From NCBI GenBank assembly GCA_000002435.2, contig CM018791.1: a stretch of 64,000 nt of DNA, one strand, 5' to 3'. Both the position numbers and the translations under genes were made by a program. Below, piece by piece: positions 19,001 through 27,822 of the stretch (within the stretch, counting starts at the first letter, position 1; every line of letters begins with the position of its first letter). The stretch comes from Giardia intestinalis (taxonomy: Eukaryota). The notes beneath the pieces are model-generated. The model was given only the letters and a program-made list of their open reading frames with translations, searched no databases and was not told where the DNA came from.

Positions 19001-22000
19001 CGTCTGACTTTGGTGTCCAGTGTATGCTACAAAGTTGGGCTCAGTGTCCATTACTGAGAAGCACATCTTTTCCTGATATTTATCCGTAATCACAAGCTGC
19101 TCTCCCATTGGCGGGGCTTGCTTCTCAGCCTTGTCAATAAGGTCTGAGGATACACGGAGGCTGAGCACCCCGTATCCTGTATAGACCAGGGATACCACTA
19201 AGACGTCGCCAAACTCTATAAGACGACGGCTTGTGCTGGTATTTGTCACACTATACTGCCTTAAGCTCGTTGAACTGAGGGGTGGCAACGCACCGCCAAT
19301 ATCAGTCAGACAAGAATCTGCCAAGCGACCATTGACGTCAGACTGGATGAAGGTGGGACTTAGGCGCACAGAGGGATATGAAAATACAGATGGACTTAGT
19401 AACACCAACTTTTGGCTACTGAGATGATGCATTTGCTTATATATGGGGTGTGGCAGAAAGAAGTGAGCCACGATAGACTCCCTGGAGTATAGATACTTCT
19501 GATAGAATAGATGTAAAGCAGTGGATGAATCAGCCAGGTCTCCTCCCTTATGTCTACCTTCGGTCTTTGTTTGCCCATCCAAAGAAAACGCTGTGTCAGC
19601 AGAAGCGTTCATCATTTCGAGATGAGCTAAGGTTGAAAAGATCCCGAAAGAGTCTACAGACGCGACAATAGTCTTGGGAGATCTATATTTTGGTGTGTAG
19701 CTGCAGATAATGCATACGTTTCCACAGATTGCCCGTATCATTTCGAGTGAAAGCCCTTGGAGAGCTATGGAAGACAGACAGCCTGGGCAGACGTAACGCT
19801 CAGCCGAATCTCCATCTGCCCTTGCATTCTGCATACTAGGCATGTTGATAAACGGGTTTCCAATGGGGCAAAAGCGCAGTTCATCAGGTAGATATGGAGT
19901 CCATCGAGCGGAGTTCCCATCCGTAGAGAAGGGAAGCACGTCGATAGATGCACTTGTGCGAAGAACGTCAAGCTTTTTGTGGAGTTGCTCTGCAGCTGCC
20001 TTTGAGTAGGTATTCAAGCAGGTGCACACTAAGGAAAGCGGAGCAGATTGCCACACAGTAGCGAGGCCGTTGACTGATGATAGTCTGGTAGCTAGCTCTT
20101 GAAGAAATTCTGCCGGGTCATCATCACTCTTTGCAAATACACACACAGAACGAAGTATGGATATTGTTGTAGCTATGTAAGAATGCGTGGTCGTGAAGTG
20201 ATCCAAAAGTGCGGCCATCATATCGAGTATCTTTCGAAGCAACGAGACACTGCCATCCAACGCGCTGTAGTTTCTACTGGCCTCATCCAAGCCCAGAAGG
20301 GATAGCACATCTGCACCGACCTGGGAAAATAGCGCCAATGCAGCTAGAGAAACGAGTCCTGTTGTCATGTGAATGTATTCTGTATATAATAATTCATCGG
20401 AGAGCCCGAGAACATGTCTCAACGAAGCTAGAGAACTAGGGCAAGACACTGACTCATCTGCAACAAGTGGTAGCACTGCATAAGTCACTAGCATTTTCTC
20501 AAAACGATCATACTGCCCCTTGACAAGCAAATTGAAAAGAAGAAATGCGAAGAAGTCTGTGATGCCGTATAGTGTAGTAAATGTCTTAAGAATTGGTTCT
20601 TCTGACACTGAAAAATCTGTGCTTTCCAAAAGCTGCTCGATGCCAATAAGAAGCTCAGGAATTGCCTCCTTCCTTGGTGCCCAGTCTTTCCATATCAGTC
20701 TCGTTAGGGTAGAGGAGACAGCGACGTCGTCTATTGATAAAATAACGGGCAACAGAAGCATCTTTTCGTAAAAATAAAGATCTGCCACAACAGGGACAGC
20801 TTTGATAATAGAATACGCCTCCTCCCTTACAGCGTTTGTGTACAGGTCATAAATTAGTGCAATCAAGTCCTTATTTGAGAACGATGTCGTGACTGGAAAG
20901 GGCAGAGACATGCATTTAAGAAGCTGCACTAACATAATTGTGTGCGTATCATTGTCCTGTGAATACCTCCGCAAAAGAGCTACAAACTGCTCCATTGGCC
21001 TGCCGTACGAGGTGGCGCCAATACAGTTGGCAATCTCATCTGATACACGACAGAAAAGAAGTAATTGATACATGATAAAGCAGACGGGTGCTGTTCTTTC
21101 GCCAACACCGCGAAGGAGATAGTACCCCTCCGAGAAAACCATGTGGTGTAACTGGCAAAGTTTCACGTAGAAGGACTGCTCTGCTACCGTCCATTGCCAG
21201 CTCTGCAATTCAGTCACTTCTTTAGATGGACTTGCATCAGGAAAGTAGAGCGCAACTGGAACAATGATAAGCTCGTGATAAAGTTTCGTCAACAAAAGAA
21301 GTAGGTGTGGATGTGACTCACGCTGAGAGCTGATAATGAATTCAAACAGAAGCCTTGTAAATACAACAACCACATGAAGAGCTTGCATCCGTAGGGGCCA
21401 GTGCAGTATGGAGAAGTAGGCGATGAGAAGCTTATACCCACAGGCACGACTAAATATCTCTTCTACCTCTGCGTCCTGCAACATATGAAGAAGCTTCAGA
21501 AGAAGAGCCGGTTCGAACTCTTGCTTGTAGCGAGGCGTCTTCCCACTGCACCCATTCTCTCCAAGGAAGAGAAGGGAGAGTATCTGGAACAACCCACTTA
21601 TGTCGTAATTCCAGACATCCTGTGGCATGATGGCTCTGACTAGCTCACCATCTGCGGTATCATCATACATTATAAACGAATAGCCAATGGTCTCTGCGTA
21701 AGCCCATGTAAATGTTGGTGCTTGAAAACGTTGGAAGTGTTGTCGGTCGTTTTGTTGCTGAGTGTAAATGGCAACAGGGTAGATCCTTGTCGGATATGAG
21801 ACTGCAACACTATTGACGGCGCAAAAGGCGTCATCGCTAAGATATAGAAGCCTTATTGCCGCGTCTATGTCCAGGCGTGCTTCTAGCAGTGAGCTTGAAG
21901 TATCAATGTCCAGAGGGATAGATGTGATAAAAGAATCCCCTTTGCTGAGAATTGTGTAACACAATAAAACAAGGTTTTCAGGCGAAAACGTTGCCTCAAT

Positions 22001-25000
22001 GTATATCCACTCAGCTCTTTCATCCAATGGAACAATATACTTGCTAGACGACGTGCTTAGACTTGTAGAAAAGAAAACTGATCCATCCTGTATCCAAATG
22101 GTCAAGGTTATTGCCTCTGGTTGCGGCCTAGTTGTGTCACCTGCTCCCTTGTGAATAGTCAACGTAAGAGTCATCGTATAGCTATTTTTCACGTGGCAAT
22201 AAGTAAAGATTGTAGCATTTATCGAACTCAGCGAGACTGTTTTGCGTGCCCTTTTAAGTGGAGAGCTCCCCGAGCGCAATATTAAAAAGTTCCCTGGAAC
22301 AATTGCTTCTGCTTGTAAGGTTTGAGTCACCTGATCAGGACTCGGCTCCAACAATGGATGTACCTGAATTTGAAATAGCACATTAAAGTAGGAGAGAAAG
22401 CGCAGCATTCCGTCTTCATCAGCAGAAGCCTCTTGCCGCTCCGTTAGCAGATAGTAACAGGGGAGCTCGCTGCCCAATTGCTTCAGTAAATATCGAGCAA
22501 CGGCATTGTGGAGAATAAGGGAACTAGACTGCTTTAGCAGCAGAGAGAGCAGACGCACATCTAGAGGCGAATCCTCATCGGCAGCAGAGAAGAATGCGGG
22601 GAAGATATTGACTTTCGCAGTAAAGTCTGCAATGATGCGAAGTGTGTGTTGCTCCCCGCTGAGAATGCATGAACGTATAAACAGGTTGAGGGCCAGACGA
22701 GAAAAGTAAGCTTTACCACCTGTCGTAAGTTCATGCAAATATTCTAAGGACGCAGCTATGCACCGTAGTGAACGATGAGAAGAGGCTTTCCAAAGTGTTA
22801 GCGACGGGGTTGACAAGAACAGGAGACGAATAGAAATATCGTCATGGCCTGCTGCAGGATCGTGGAGCACCAAGTCATACAAAGCAGATTGAAATACTGT
22901 GAAGTCACGAGACACAAGCTTACTCCATTTTCCTGCCTGATAACTGTGTGAAGAGTCTCTAATAGACTGGAGTCTGCCCCGGAGCGAACGCTTATTGCCA
23001 CCAACAGACAGAAAGGACGGAATGCCTTGAAACAAAGAGCCAGAGATGATATAGCAGGACATAGATGAAGCACATAGAAAGATAAGGCACTGGTGAATGA
23101 GGTCAAGCCGGGCACTCTTGTCGCTAAGTACAAGCGTCATGATCTTCCTTAGTAGCGTTCTTAGATCAAAGTCATACCCTCGAACGTACTGCTCAGGTTG
23201 AGCTTCGTGGATTGTCTCCTCTAATAATGCAGACAAGTTGAGCATTTCCCCAATAAGAATAAACATGAGTATAAGCACATTCTGGGGTGATATTGACAAC
23301 TTCTCAAATTCAACCAAGACATAGTCGAAAAGATGAATCAACTCAACCGAGGTAGATGCCTTCCAAAAGGTAACTAGTTGATGCTCCTTCTTATTAAAAT
23401 GGCCGAGTGTAATGTGTTGGAAGAGCATGCAAAGTAGAACGATTTCCAGACATGGCCCCCCATACGCGATAACCTCACGAACGACACGAGAGTAAACGTC
23501 AAGAAAGACATTACCGGAGGGAGGTTCGCTGATGCACAATGTTGAGACATAGGCGAATTCTAAGAAGGTAATCAGATTATCGCACAGGAGTTTGAACATT
23601 TGCTGCTGAAGCATGGATGAGTAGCCTTTATATACCCATGAGACAGACAGAAAACTGTCAAGAAATTTAGCTGTTGTCAGTGAGGCTGTCTCATTCGGCG
23701 CAGTAAAGCACTCGTTATATATAGTCTTGCAAGTAGTGTGCAGCGAGCTCCCTGGCGTTGAGGGGTCGATCAATTCTCTAGTGATAGATCTATACACGGT
23801 CGGGGACACTTCTAGAAGTCCAAGGAGTGCCTCTTGAAAGATGGGAACATCCTCTGGAGAAAGTGTAGTATGCAGAGATTGTAAAAACGGGACGCATTCT
23901 TTATAAATAAAGGGTAGCGCTACGTAAGTAATCATAGTAATGCAATGGGCCTCAGCTTGGTCAAGCCACGTGGATCCCGTAGGGGCTCCGATAGCAAGAC
24001 ACACTCTGTAGAGAATCAACATAAGATGGAGGAGAAACGCAGCATCAACGTTTGCCGCCATATGCCGCTTAATGTTGGTCTTAATTAAACCTAGAAATAG
24101 ATTGAAAACGGCATCCATCCGCACCGGCGCCAACTGAAAGATTTTAATAAGAGTACATACAAGAAAATCTGAGTCTAGAGTATCTAGTGAAACCGTTATG
24201 CTGAAGTACTTAGTTAGTATGCTAAGCAGGACATTCTCTAGCTTATCACTAAGTAAGCGACTAGTCAGATCACTTTTCACAACGAGCTTTCCTCCTTTGG
24301 AAGAAGAGGCTTGATGGGCAATCAGATTGCACCGAAGGCTAGCAAGGCGCTGGATACAATCCACATAGAACGCGAGAGCAAGAGATATTTCATGAAGTCC
24401 CGTACCATCCTTGGAAAGCAACACATCAAGCTTTTCTAACGCATATAAAAAGCCTGTAGACCGATACATGGTACGTAGAGACCCAGAGGTTCTGCTTATG
24501 TGTACGGGCGAAACCCTTGAGAAAACAATCTCTCTTAAGCACGATAAGGAGCTCTTTAATGCCCATATAAATGTTTCATATTCTTCTACACAGTTCAGCA
24601 TTGTAAAGATAGCGTCAATAGCTGTGCTCTGAAGTGTGAGGAGGTCGACAGGCTGCAGATATGCGGTGCATACGTGTGGCCTGCTGGCAGATGTCTTGCA
24701 AATGTGAGATATAACACGTAACCTTCTAGAAAATAGAAACTTTGGTGAGATCTGAGTTTTCTCTCTCATTTGTGTGATGAGAGCATAGTGATGCACATCT
24801 TCTAATAGTGAAGCGAGCGAAAACAAAAATCTAAGACCTTCCTTGCTGTAAAGCGCTAGGTCGATAAGGCCAATTTGGTCCGTGGTATCCATAACAAGCT
24901 TCCCGTCGCTAGGTAAAAGTACATCCACATTCTGACCGGAGACTGCGACTCGCAGACTTTTTCTCAAGATGCCAAAGCATACTGTTGCTAGGTGGCTATT

Positions 25001-25483
25001 GGGATTGAGCCTGATGAAGAAAAGCAAAGCAATCATGCGGTTCAAAAGGGTCAAGAGCATGTGGCGAGGCCCAGCATCCTGATACAAGAAAGCAGTAAAT
25101 AAGGATGAAGACTCAGGTTGGAGCGCTTCGTCACACTGGTAAATATTATAGAGGGTAGCTGTAAGCATGTAGACAAGCGGTAGACGAAGGGCTGAGAGAT
25201 TTTGTTTTGCTGGATACACCTGGCTTTCACTGAGTGTACAATCAAGGAGCGCCCTTAGCGGCGTTTGACCTAGGAACTGGCGCGCATCGTGAACGTACGC
25301 ATTGTCTAATAGGAGTGAAGTCTTCAAAAGGGTTTTGTGCACCTCCTGAGAAGAGCTCAATATAGTGGTCAGAATCAGGGGCTTCAGTTGTTGACTATTG
25401 CTGGACTTGTCTATGTCCTCTGTCTCTAAGCCCTTCAACAGCTCACTGTGGAATCTAAGAACAGCGGCAACAAGACAGTCCAT
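16040..25483 (-). CDS. Giant hypothetical protein, 3147 aa. N-terminal ~2500 aa is leucine-rich and alpha-helical; the C-terminal ~450 aa is beta-rich (possible propeller). No catalytic motif recognised.
   Basis: Single uninterrupted 9.4-kb ORF with an ATG start (CAT at 25481-25483). Its start lies just downstream of the ACS polyadenylation motif. Confidence 0.75.
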   Translation of the reverse strand: MDCLVAAVLRFHSELLKGLETEDIDKSSNSQQLKPLILTTILSSSQEVHKTLLKTSLLLDNAYVHDARQFLGQTPLRALLDCTLSESQVYPAKQNLSALRLPLVYMLTATLYNIYQCDEALQPESSSLFTAFLYQDAGPRHMLLTLLNRMIALLFFIRLNPNSHLATVCFGILRKSLRVAVSGQNVDVLLPSDGKLVMDTTDQIGLIDLALYSKEGLRFLFSLASLLEDVHHYALITQMREKTQISPKFLFSRRLRVISHICKTSASRPHVCTAYLQPVDLLTLQSTAIDAIFTMLNCVEEYETFIWALKSSLSCLREIVFSRVSPVHISRTSGSLRTMYRSTGFLYALEKLDVLLSKDGTGLHEISLALAFYVDCIQRLASLRCNLIAHQASSSKGGKLVVKSDLTSRLLSDKLENVLLSILTKYFSITVSLDTLDSDFLVCTLIKIFQLAPVRMDAVFNLFLGLIKTNIKRHMAANVDAAFLLHLMLILYRVCLAIGAPTGSTWLDQAEAHCITMITYVALPFIYKECVPFLQSLHTTLSPEDVPIFQEALLGLLEVSPTVYRSITRELIDPSTPGSSLHTTCKTIYNECFTAPNETASLTTAKFLDSFLSVSWVYKGYSSMLQQQMFKLLCDNLITFLEFAYVSTLCISEPPSGNVFLDVYSRVVREVIAYGGPCLEIVLLCMLFQHITLGHFNKKEHQLVTFWKASTSVELIHLFDYVLVEFEKLSISPQNVLILMFILIGEMLNLSALLEETIHEAQPEQYVRGYDFDLRTLLRKIMTLVLSDKSARLDLIHQCLIFLCASSMSCYIISGSLFQGIPSFLSVGGNKRSLRGRLQSIRDSSHSYQAGKWSKLVSRDFTVFQSALYDLVLHDPAAGHDDISIRLLFLSTPSLTLWKASSHRSLRCIAASLEYLHELTTGGKAYFSRLALNLFIRSCILSGEQHTLRIIADFTAKVNIFPAFFSAADEDSPLDVRLLSLLLKQSSSLILHNAVARYLLKQLGSELPCYYLLTERQEASADEDGMLRFLSYFNVLFQIQVHPLLEPSPDQVTQTLQAEAIVPGNFLILRSGSSPLKRARKTVSLSSINATIFTYCHVKNSYTMTLTLTIHKGAGDTTRPQPEAITLTIWIQDGSVFFSTSLSTSSSKYIVPLDERAEWIYIEATFSPENLVLLCYTILSKGDSFITSIPLDIDTSSSLLEARLDIDAAIRLLYLSDDAFCAVNSVAVSYPTRIYPVAIYTQQQNDRQHFQRFQAPTFTWAYAETIGYSFIMYDDTADGELVRAIMPQDVWNYDISGLFQILSLLFLGENGCSGKTPRYKQEFEPALLLKLLHMLQDAEVEEIFSRACGYKLLIAYFSILHWPLRMQALHVVVVFTRLLFEFIISSQRESHPHLLLLLTKLYHELIIVPVALYFPDASPSKEVTELQSWQWTVAEQSFYVKLCQLHHMVFSEGYYLLRGVGERTAPVCFIMYQLLLFCRVSDEIANCIGATSYGRPMEQFVALLRRYSQDNDTHTIMLVQLLKCMSLPFPVTTSFSNKDLIALIYDLYTNAVREEAYSIIKAVPVVADLYFYEKMLLLPVILSIDDVAVSSTLTRLIWKDWAPRKEAIPELLIGIEQLLESTDFSVSEEPILKTFTTLYGITDFFAFLLFNLLVKGQYDRFEKMLVTYAVLPLVADESVSCPSSLASLRHVLGLSDELLYTEYIHMTTGLVSLAALALFSQVGADVLSLLGLDEASRNYSALDGSVSLLRKILDMMAALLDHFTTTHSYIATTISILRSVCVFAKSDDDPAEFLQELATRLSSVNGLATVWQSAPLSLVCTCLNTYSKAAAEQLHKKLDVLRTSASIDVLPFSTDGNSARWTPYLPDELRFCPIGNPFINMPSMQNARADGDSAERYVCPGCLSSIALQGLSLEMIRAICGNVCIICSYTPKYRSPKTIVASVDSFGIFSTLAHLEMMNASADTAFSLDGQTKTEGRHKGGDLADSSTALHLFYQKYLYSRESIVAHFFLPHPIYKQMHHLSSQKLVLLSPSVFSYPSVRLSPTFIQSDVNGRLADSCLTDIGGALPPLSSTSLRQYSVTNTSTSRRLIEFGDVLVVSLVYTGYGVLSLRVSSDLIDKAEKQAPPMGEQLVITDKYQEKMCFSVMDTEPNFVAYTGHQSQTFLFNWARFDQRSESDADDSTGALQAADEPANSAIKEHQEAESFSILRRLLCTKDNPRSIHLENSFSRKQDSFGRRISYGLYDYCMSTQNRAYHKYKEVELSIEYSRILYMVPFFFIRMQPALQIIESNGAVHVLLFKTQEHAVKLIHNYGYYRRFGCGESGSGSAYGTCYYYSKSPYKKKGVLLDFETIVSTFQAELLGQLRLILGRRISLLMANNTISLTMIQFSVFTLLSAMNMIAARSPVVSYIYPIFPALSPRKSAKPRNLRYPLPAQSNTSLCKSIAKYAEMSLGELQSTSLQDKMAATAFLNDILKQSMQTLEKAATASSEDAISFFRKGLERANLSPSAMKLLSASPLFRTFISNNMTLPYYCFCVEPFTSLQRNLQGGCLDAFSRLFISLRSHWEKVELGSSFHEAIPELFYTPYIFTNTNGLQLSSDAETVTEALQSTPSQAIDTVHAQRTALESTIFSNQADQGGLRSWIELLFGSKQQSLDALNLFPSGTAEYSPGEASIATSLYFGTYPIRLHQDELSKLLALMDNVHKPTKMAEELVLTHSVDIRRYLHTVPFEQLTPGSVQSVTEKCDLIFRHFNQPALCVAGRHVTLANHINGLLWTTKDCIVIDTYMLYFDINRQEISVFELSKVFLDSFHVAPKGGSGGLSSVFTGGNLGREQESGSLNTPDQLLSGAQHPPPGQIVILGFSRASGSQPRLLTNIPVAQLAKQGKTIGMHITTFKLASTLGRRCSTSKNAIITKIDSAGYMPFYGYVLHLYTDQGIILANIRNLSTDAQPQLFIIQHCPLDVGYYSRLAMSSFLHVPELSLVCYYSPHVLHVLEYNSLHRTVSYGSRETDSPYLLAKFRISYEEKLAITYCAVHERQGLIAVGLSVLNDDTTVDSERTLQYYIYLYTLGNIHIKALSVPAPVQHIAFFGGYDDGFAGYMLVNKQLVYSLDSDVSEHIRKVCETEILADSLAVVDGAIVGYQRETFRWYS

Positions 25484-25546
25484 TAGTTTTTGAAAGTGTC
25501 AGAGGAACTACGAGCTACAATTCGACAACAACCTCACTGGCCGCTA

Positions 25547-25553
25547 GTTTACT
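25547..25553 (-). terminator. Polyadenylation signal AGTAAAC for ACS
   Basis: AGTRAAY match 7 nt after the ACS stop. It sits in the 76-bp spacer that must also hold the promoter of the 3147-aa gene. Confidence 0.7.
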
Positions 25554-25559
25554 TCCCGT

Positions 25560-27749
25560 TTAGTGCGAGAGCGTGATCTTGACGTCAACAGCTGCAATGC
25601 CTGGGTTCTTCCCCTCCTTCTGCTCCTCGAAGACAAGAAGCGGGTTCATGTCCAGTTCTGTGATCTCAGAGAAGTCGTTGACCAGCTGGGCAAGCTTGAC
25701 CATCGTATCAAGAAGCCCCTTGATGTCGCTTCGAGGCTGGCCACGCACACCGTTGAGGATCTCGTAGATCTTCGTCTTCTTGAGTTGCGCCTCTGCGTCC
25801 TCTCTGTCATACTTGTAGGCCAAATCGAACGCGACGTCCTTGATGTAATTAGCATAGATGCCACCCTGGCCAACCATGATCATGGGGCCCCATGTGGGAT
25901 CGCGGTTGACACCAACAATCATCTCAGTTGTCTTTTGGTACTTGGAGAAGTCGACCATCTGCTGGATCTCGACGCCCTTAAGAACCGCACCCTTGGGTCC
26001 GTTCTTCGCGGCATTGGCCATGATCTCCTTGAACGCGGCTGTCGCCTCGGCCTCTGTCTTTATGTTGAGCTTCACACCGCCGCAGTCACTCTTGTGGATG
26101 ATCTGGGGAGAGACAATCTTCATAACGACAGGGAACGTGACCTCCTTGGCGAACGTCGCAGCCTCTGCCTCGTTGGTTGCCAGCTTCGTTTTGGGCGCAT
26201 TCACGCCATAGAGGGTGAAGATCTCAGACGTCTCGTGGGAGAGCAGGACCGTGCGGCCATCAGCGCGGGCGCCAGCGATGATCTTCTTGATGCGCTCGTT
26301 GTCCACCTTAAAGACTTCAACCTTCTTTTCAGCAAGGGTCTTACGATTCTTGATCTTCCTGTACTTGAGCACGGCCCCAGTCGCGTGGATTGCAGGCTCA
26401 GGGAACGGGAAGACAGGCATCTTGGCATTATTCAGAATCTTCGATGGCTCCTGCATCGTGAGACCGCCCATGAAGGCGCTGACGACCAGCCTGTCAGGAT
26501 ACTTGGCGTACATCCTTGTGCATAGCTCGGCAACCTCGCAAGGCTTGGTCTGCCCCTGAGGAGTGACGAGGATGACGGCGCCGGCGACGGTCTCTGGGGG
26601 CTCCTTGAAGCAGATCTCAAGCGCATCTTCGTAGCGTTTAGGCGGTGCGTCGCCAACAATGTCGACAGGGTTCTTCACAGAAGCTTCGCCGGGAAGGACC
26701 TTGGCAAGCGCCTCCTTTGTCTTGTCGGAAAGCGCTGCCATCCCAACGTGGTAAGTCTCGAAGGCATCAGTCGTGACGATTCCAGGGCCACCCGCATTTG
26801 TGACAATGACAAAGTTGTCACCCTTCGGAAGGCGGTGGGAGACGAAGAGACGGCCAAGGTCAAAAAGGTCAGACATGGTTGCCGCACGCAGGACGCCAGC
26901 CTTCTCGAAGGCAAGGTCGAATGCGATATCGTTCCCAGCCAGGGCCCCCGTGTGGGATGAGGCGGCAGCGGCACCGGCAGCCGATGTCCCGGACTTCAAG
27001 ATGATGACAGGCTTCTTGTGGACGCAGGTGGGGATCTGCTCAAGGAACTTCCTGCCATCGACGATGGACTCAAGGTAAAGGAGGATGATATCGGTGTTCG
27101 GGTCCTCCGCGACCTCCATGATGAGGTCGACTTCATCCACGTCAGCCTTGTTTCCAAGGCTGATGAAGTTGGAGAAGCCGATTCCATTGGTCAGAGCCCA
27201 ATCAAGGATGGAAGTGAGCATGGCACCGGACTGAGAGAGAAAAGCGATGCTGCCCTTGGACGGCTTGGCAGAAGCGAAGGTGCAGTTCAGGTTCGGGGTA
27301 ACAATACCGAGGCAATTAGGTCCGACGAGACGAATCCCAGCGTCCTTGCAAATCTTGGTGAGGTCTTGCTCCATCTGCACACCTTCGCCGCCAATCTCCT
27401 TGAAGCCAGCGGTGATGACGACGAGGCTCTTAACCTTCTTCTGAGCACACTCCTTTGCCGCAGCAAGGACGGCCTTTGAGGGGATAACGACAATGACGAC
27501 GTCGATGCTGTCAGGGACATCAAGCACGCTCTTATAAGTCTTGTACCCCAGGATCTCAGTGGCCGTCGGATTTATGGGATAGACCTTCCCAGTGTAGCCG
27601 GACTCCTTTATGTTTGTCACGACCGTGTTCCCGACTTTCCCGGCGTTGGGGGAGGCGCCGATGACCGCAACAGAAGCAGGGTTTGTCAAGAAGGAAAGCT
27701 TGCCCATTTTCTTATACTTTGTTGAATAATTTTGACGCATCAGAATCAA
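25560..27749 (-). CDS. ACS: Acetyl-CoA synthetase (ADP-forming; NDP-forming acyl-CoA synthetase with fused alpha/beta domains), 729 aa as listed. The second ATG at ~27707 (MGKLSFLTNPASVAVIGAS...) is the more likely start (715 aa).
   Basis: CoA-binding N-terminus (VAVIGASPNAGKVG), succinyl-CoA-synthetase-like alpha domain and ATP-grasp beta domain. High GC3. AGTAAAC 7-13 nt after the stop. The first 14 track residues (MILMRQNYSTKYKK) read like a translated AT-rich promoter. Confidence 0.9.
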   Translation of the reverse strand: MILMRQNYSTKYKKMGKLSFLTNPASVAVIGASPNAGKVGNTVVTNIKESGYTGKVYPINPTATEILGYKTYKSVLDVPDSIDVVIVVIPSKAVLAAAKECAQKKVKSLVVITAGFKEIGGEGVQMEQDLTKICKDAGIRLVGPNCLGIVTPNLNCTFASAKPSKGSIAFLSQSGAMLTSILDWALTNGIGFSNFISLGNKADVDEVDLIMEVAEDPNTDIILLYLESIVDGRKFLEQIPTCVHKKPVIILKSGTSAAGAAAASSHTGALAGNDIAFDLAFEKAGVLRAATMSDLFDLGRLFVSHRLPKGDNFVIVTNAGGPGIVTTDAFETYHVGMAALSDKTKEALAKVLPGEASVKNPVDIVGDAPPKRYEDALEICFKEPPETVAGAVILVTPQGQTKPCEVAELCTRMYAKYPDRLVVSAFMGGLTMQEPSKILNNAKMPVFPFPEPAIHATGAVLKYRKIKNRKTLAEKKVEVFKVDNERIKKIIAGARADGRTVLLSHETSEIFTLYGVNAPKTKLATNEAEAATFAKEVTFPVVMKIVSPQIIHKSDCGGVKLNIKTEAEATAAFKEIMANAAKNGPKGAVLKGVEIQQMVDFSKYQKTTEMIVGVNRDPTWGPMIMVGQGGIYANYIKDVAFDLAYKYDREDAEAQLKKTKIYEILNGVRGQPRSDIKGLLDTMVKLAQLVNDFSEITELDMNPLLVFEEQKEGKNPGIAAVDVKITLSH

Positions 27750-27822
27750 TTTCCTTTTTCGGAATCATGCACTGACGATGACGGGCCCGAAAAGCCTTAT
27801 TTACACATACACAGGAGATAAG

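Noticed and set aside
25563-26525. 320-aa plus-strand ORF, plus several 60-150-aa ORFs on both strands, inside the ACS gene
   Set aside because: They are antisense or out-of-frame to a strongly supported, GC3-rich ACS coding sequence. Low-complexity R/S/L/P-rich translations are typical of frames opened by codon bias, and there is no start context or polyA motif.
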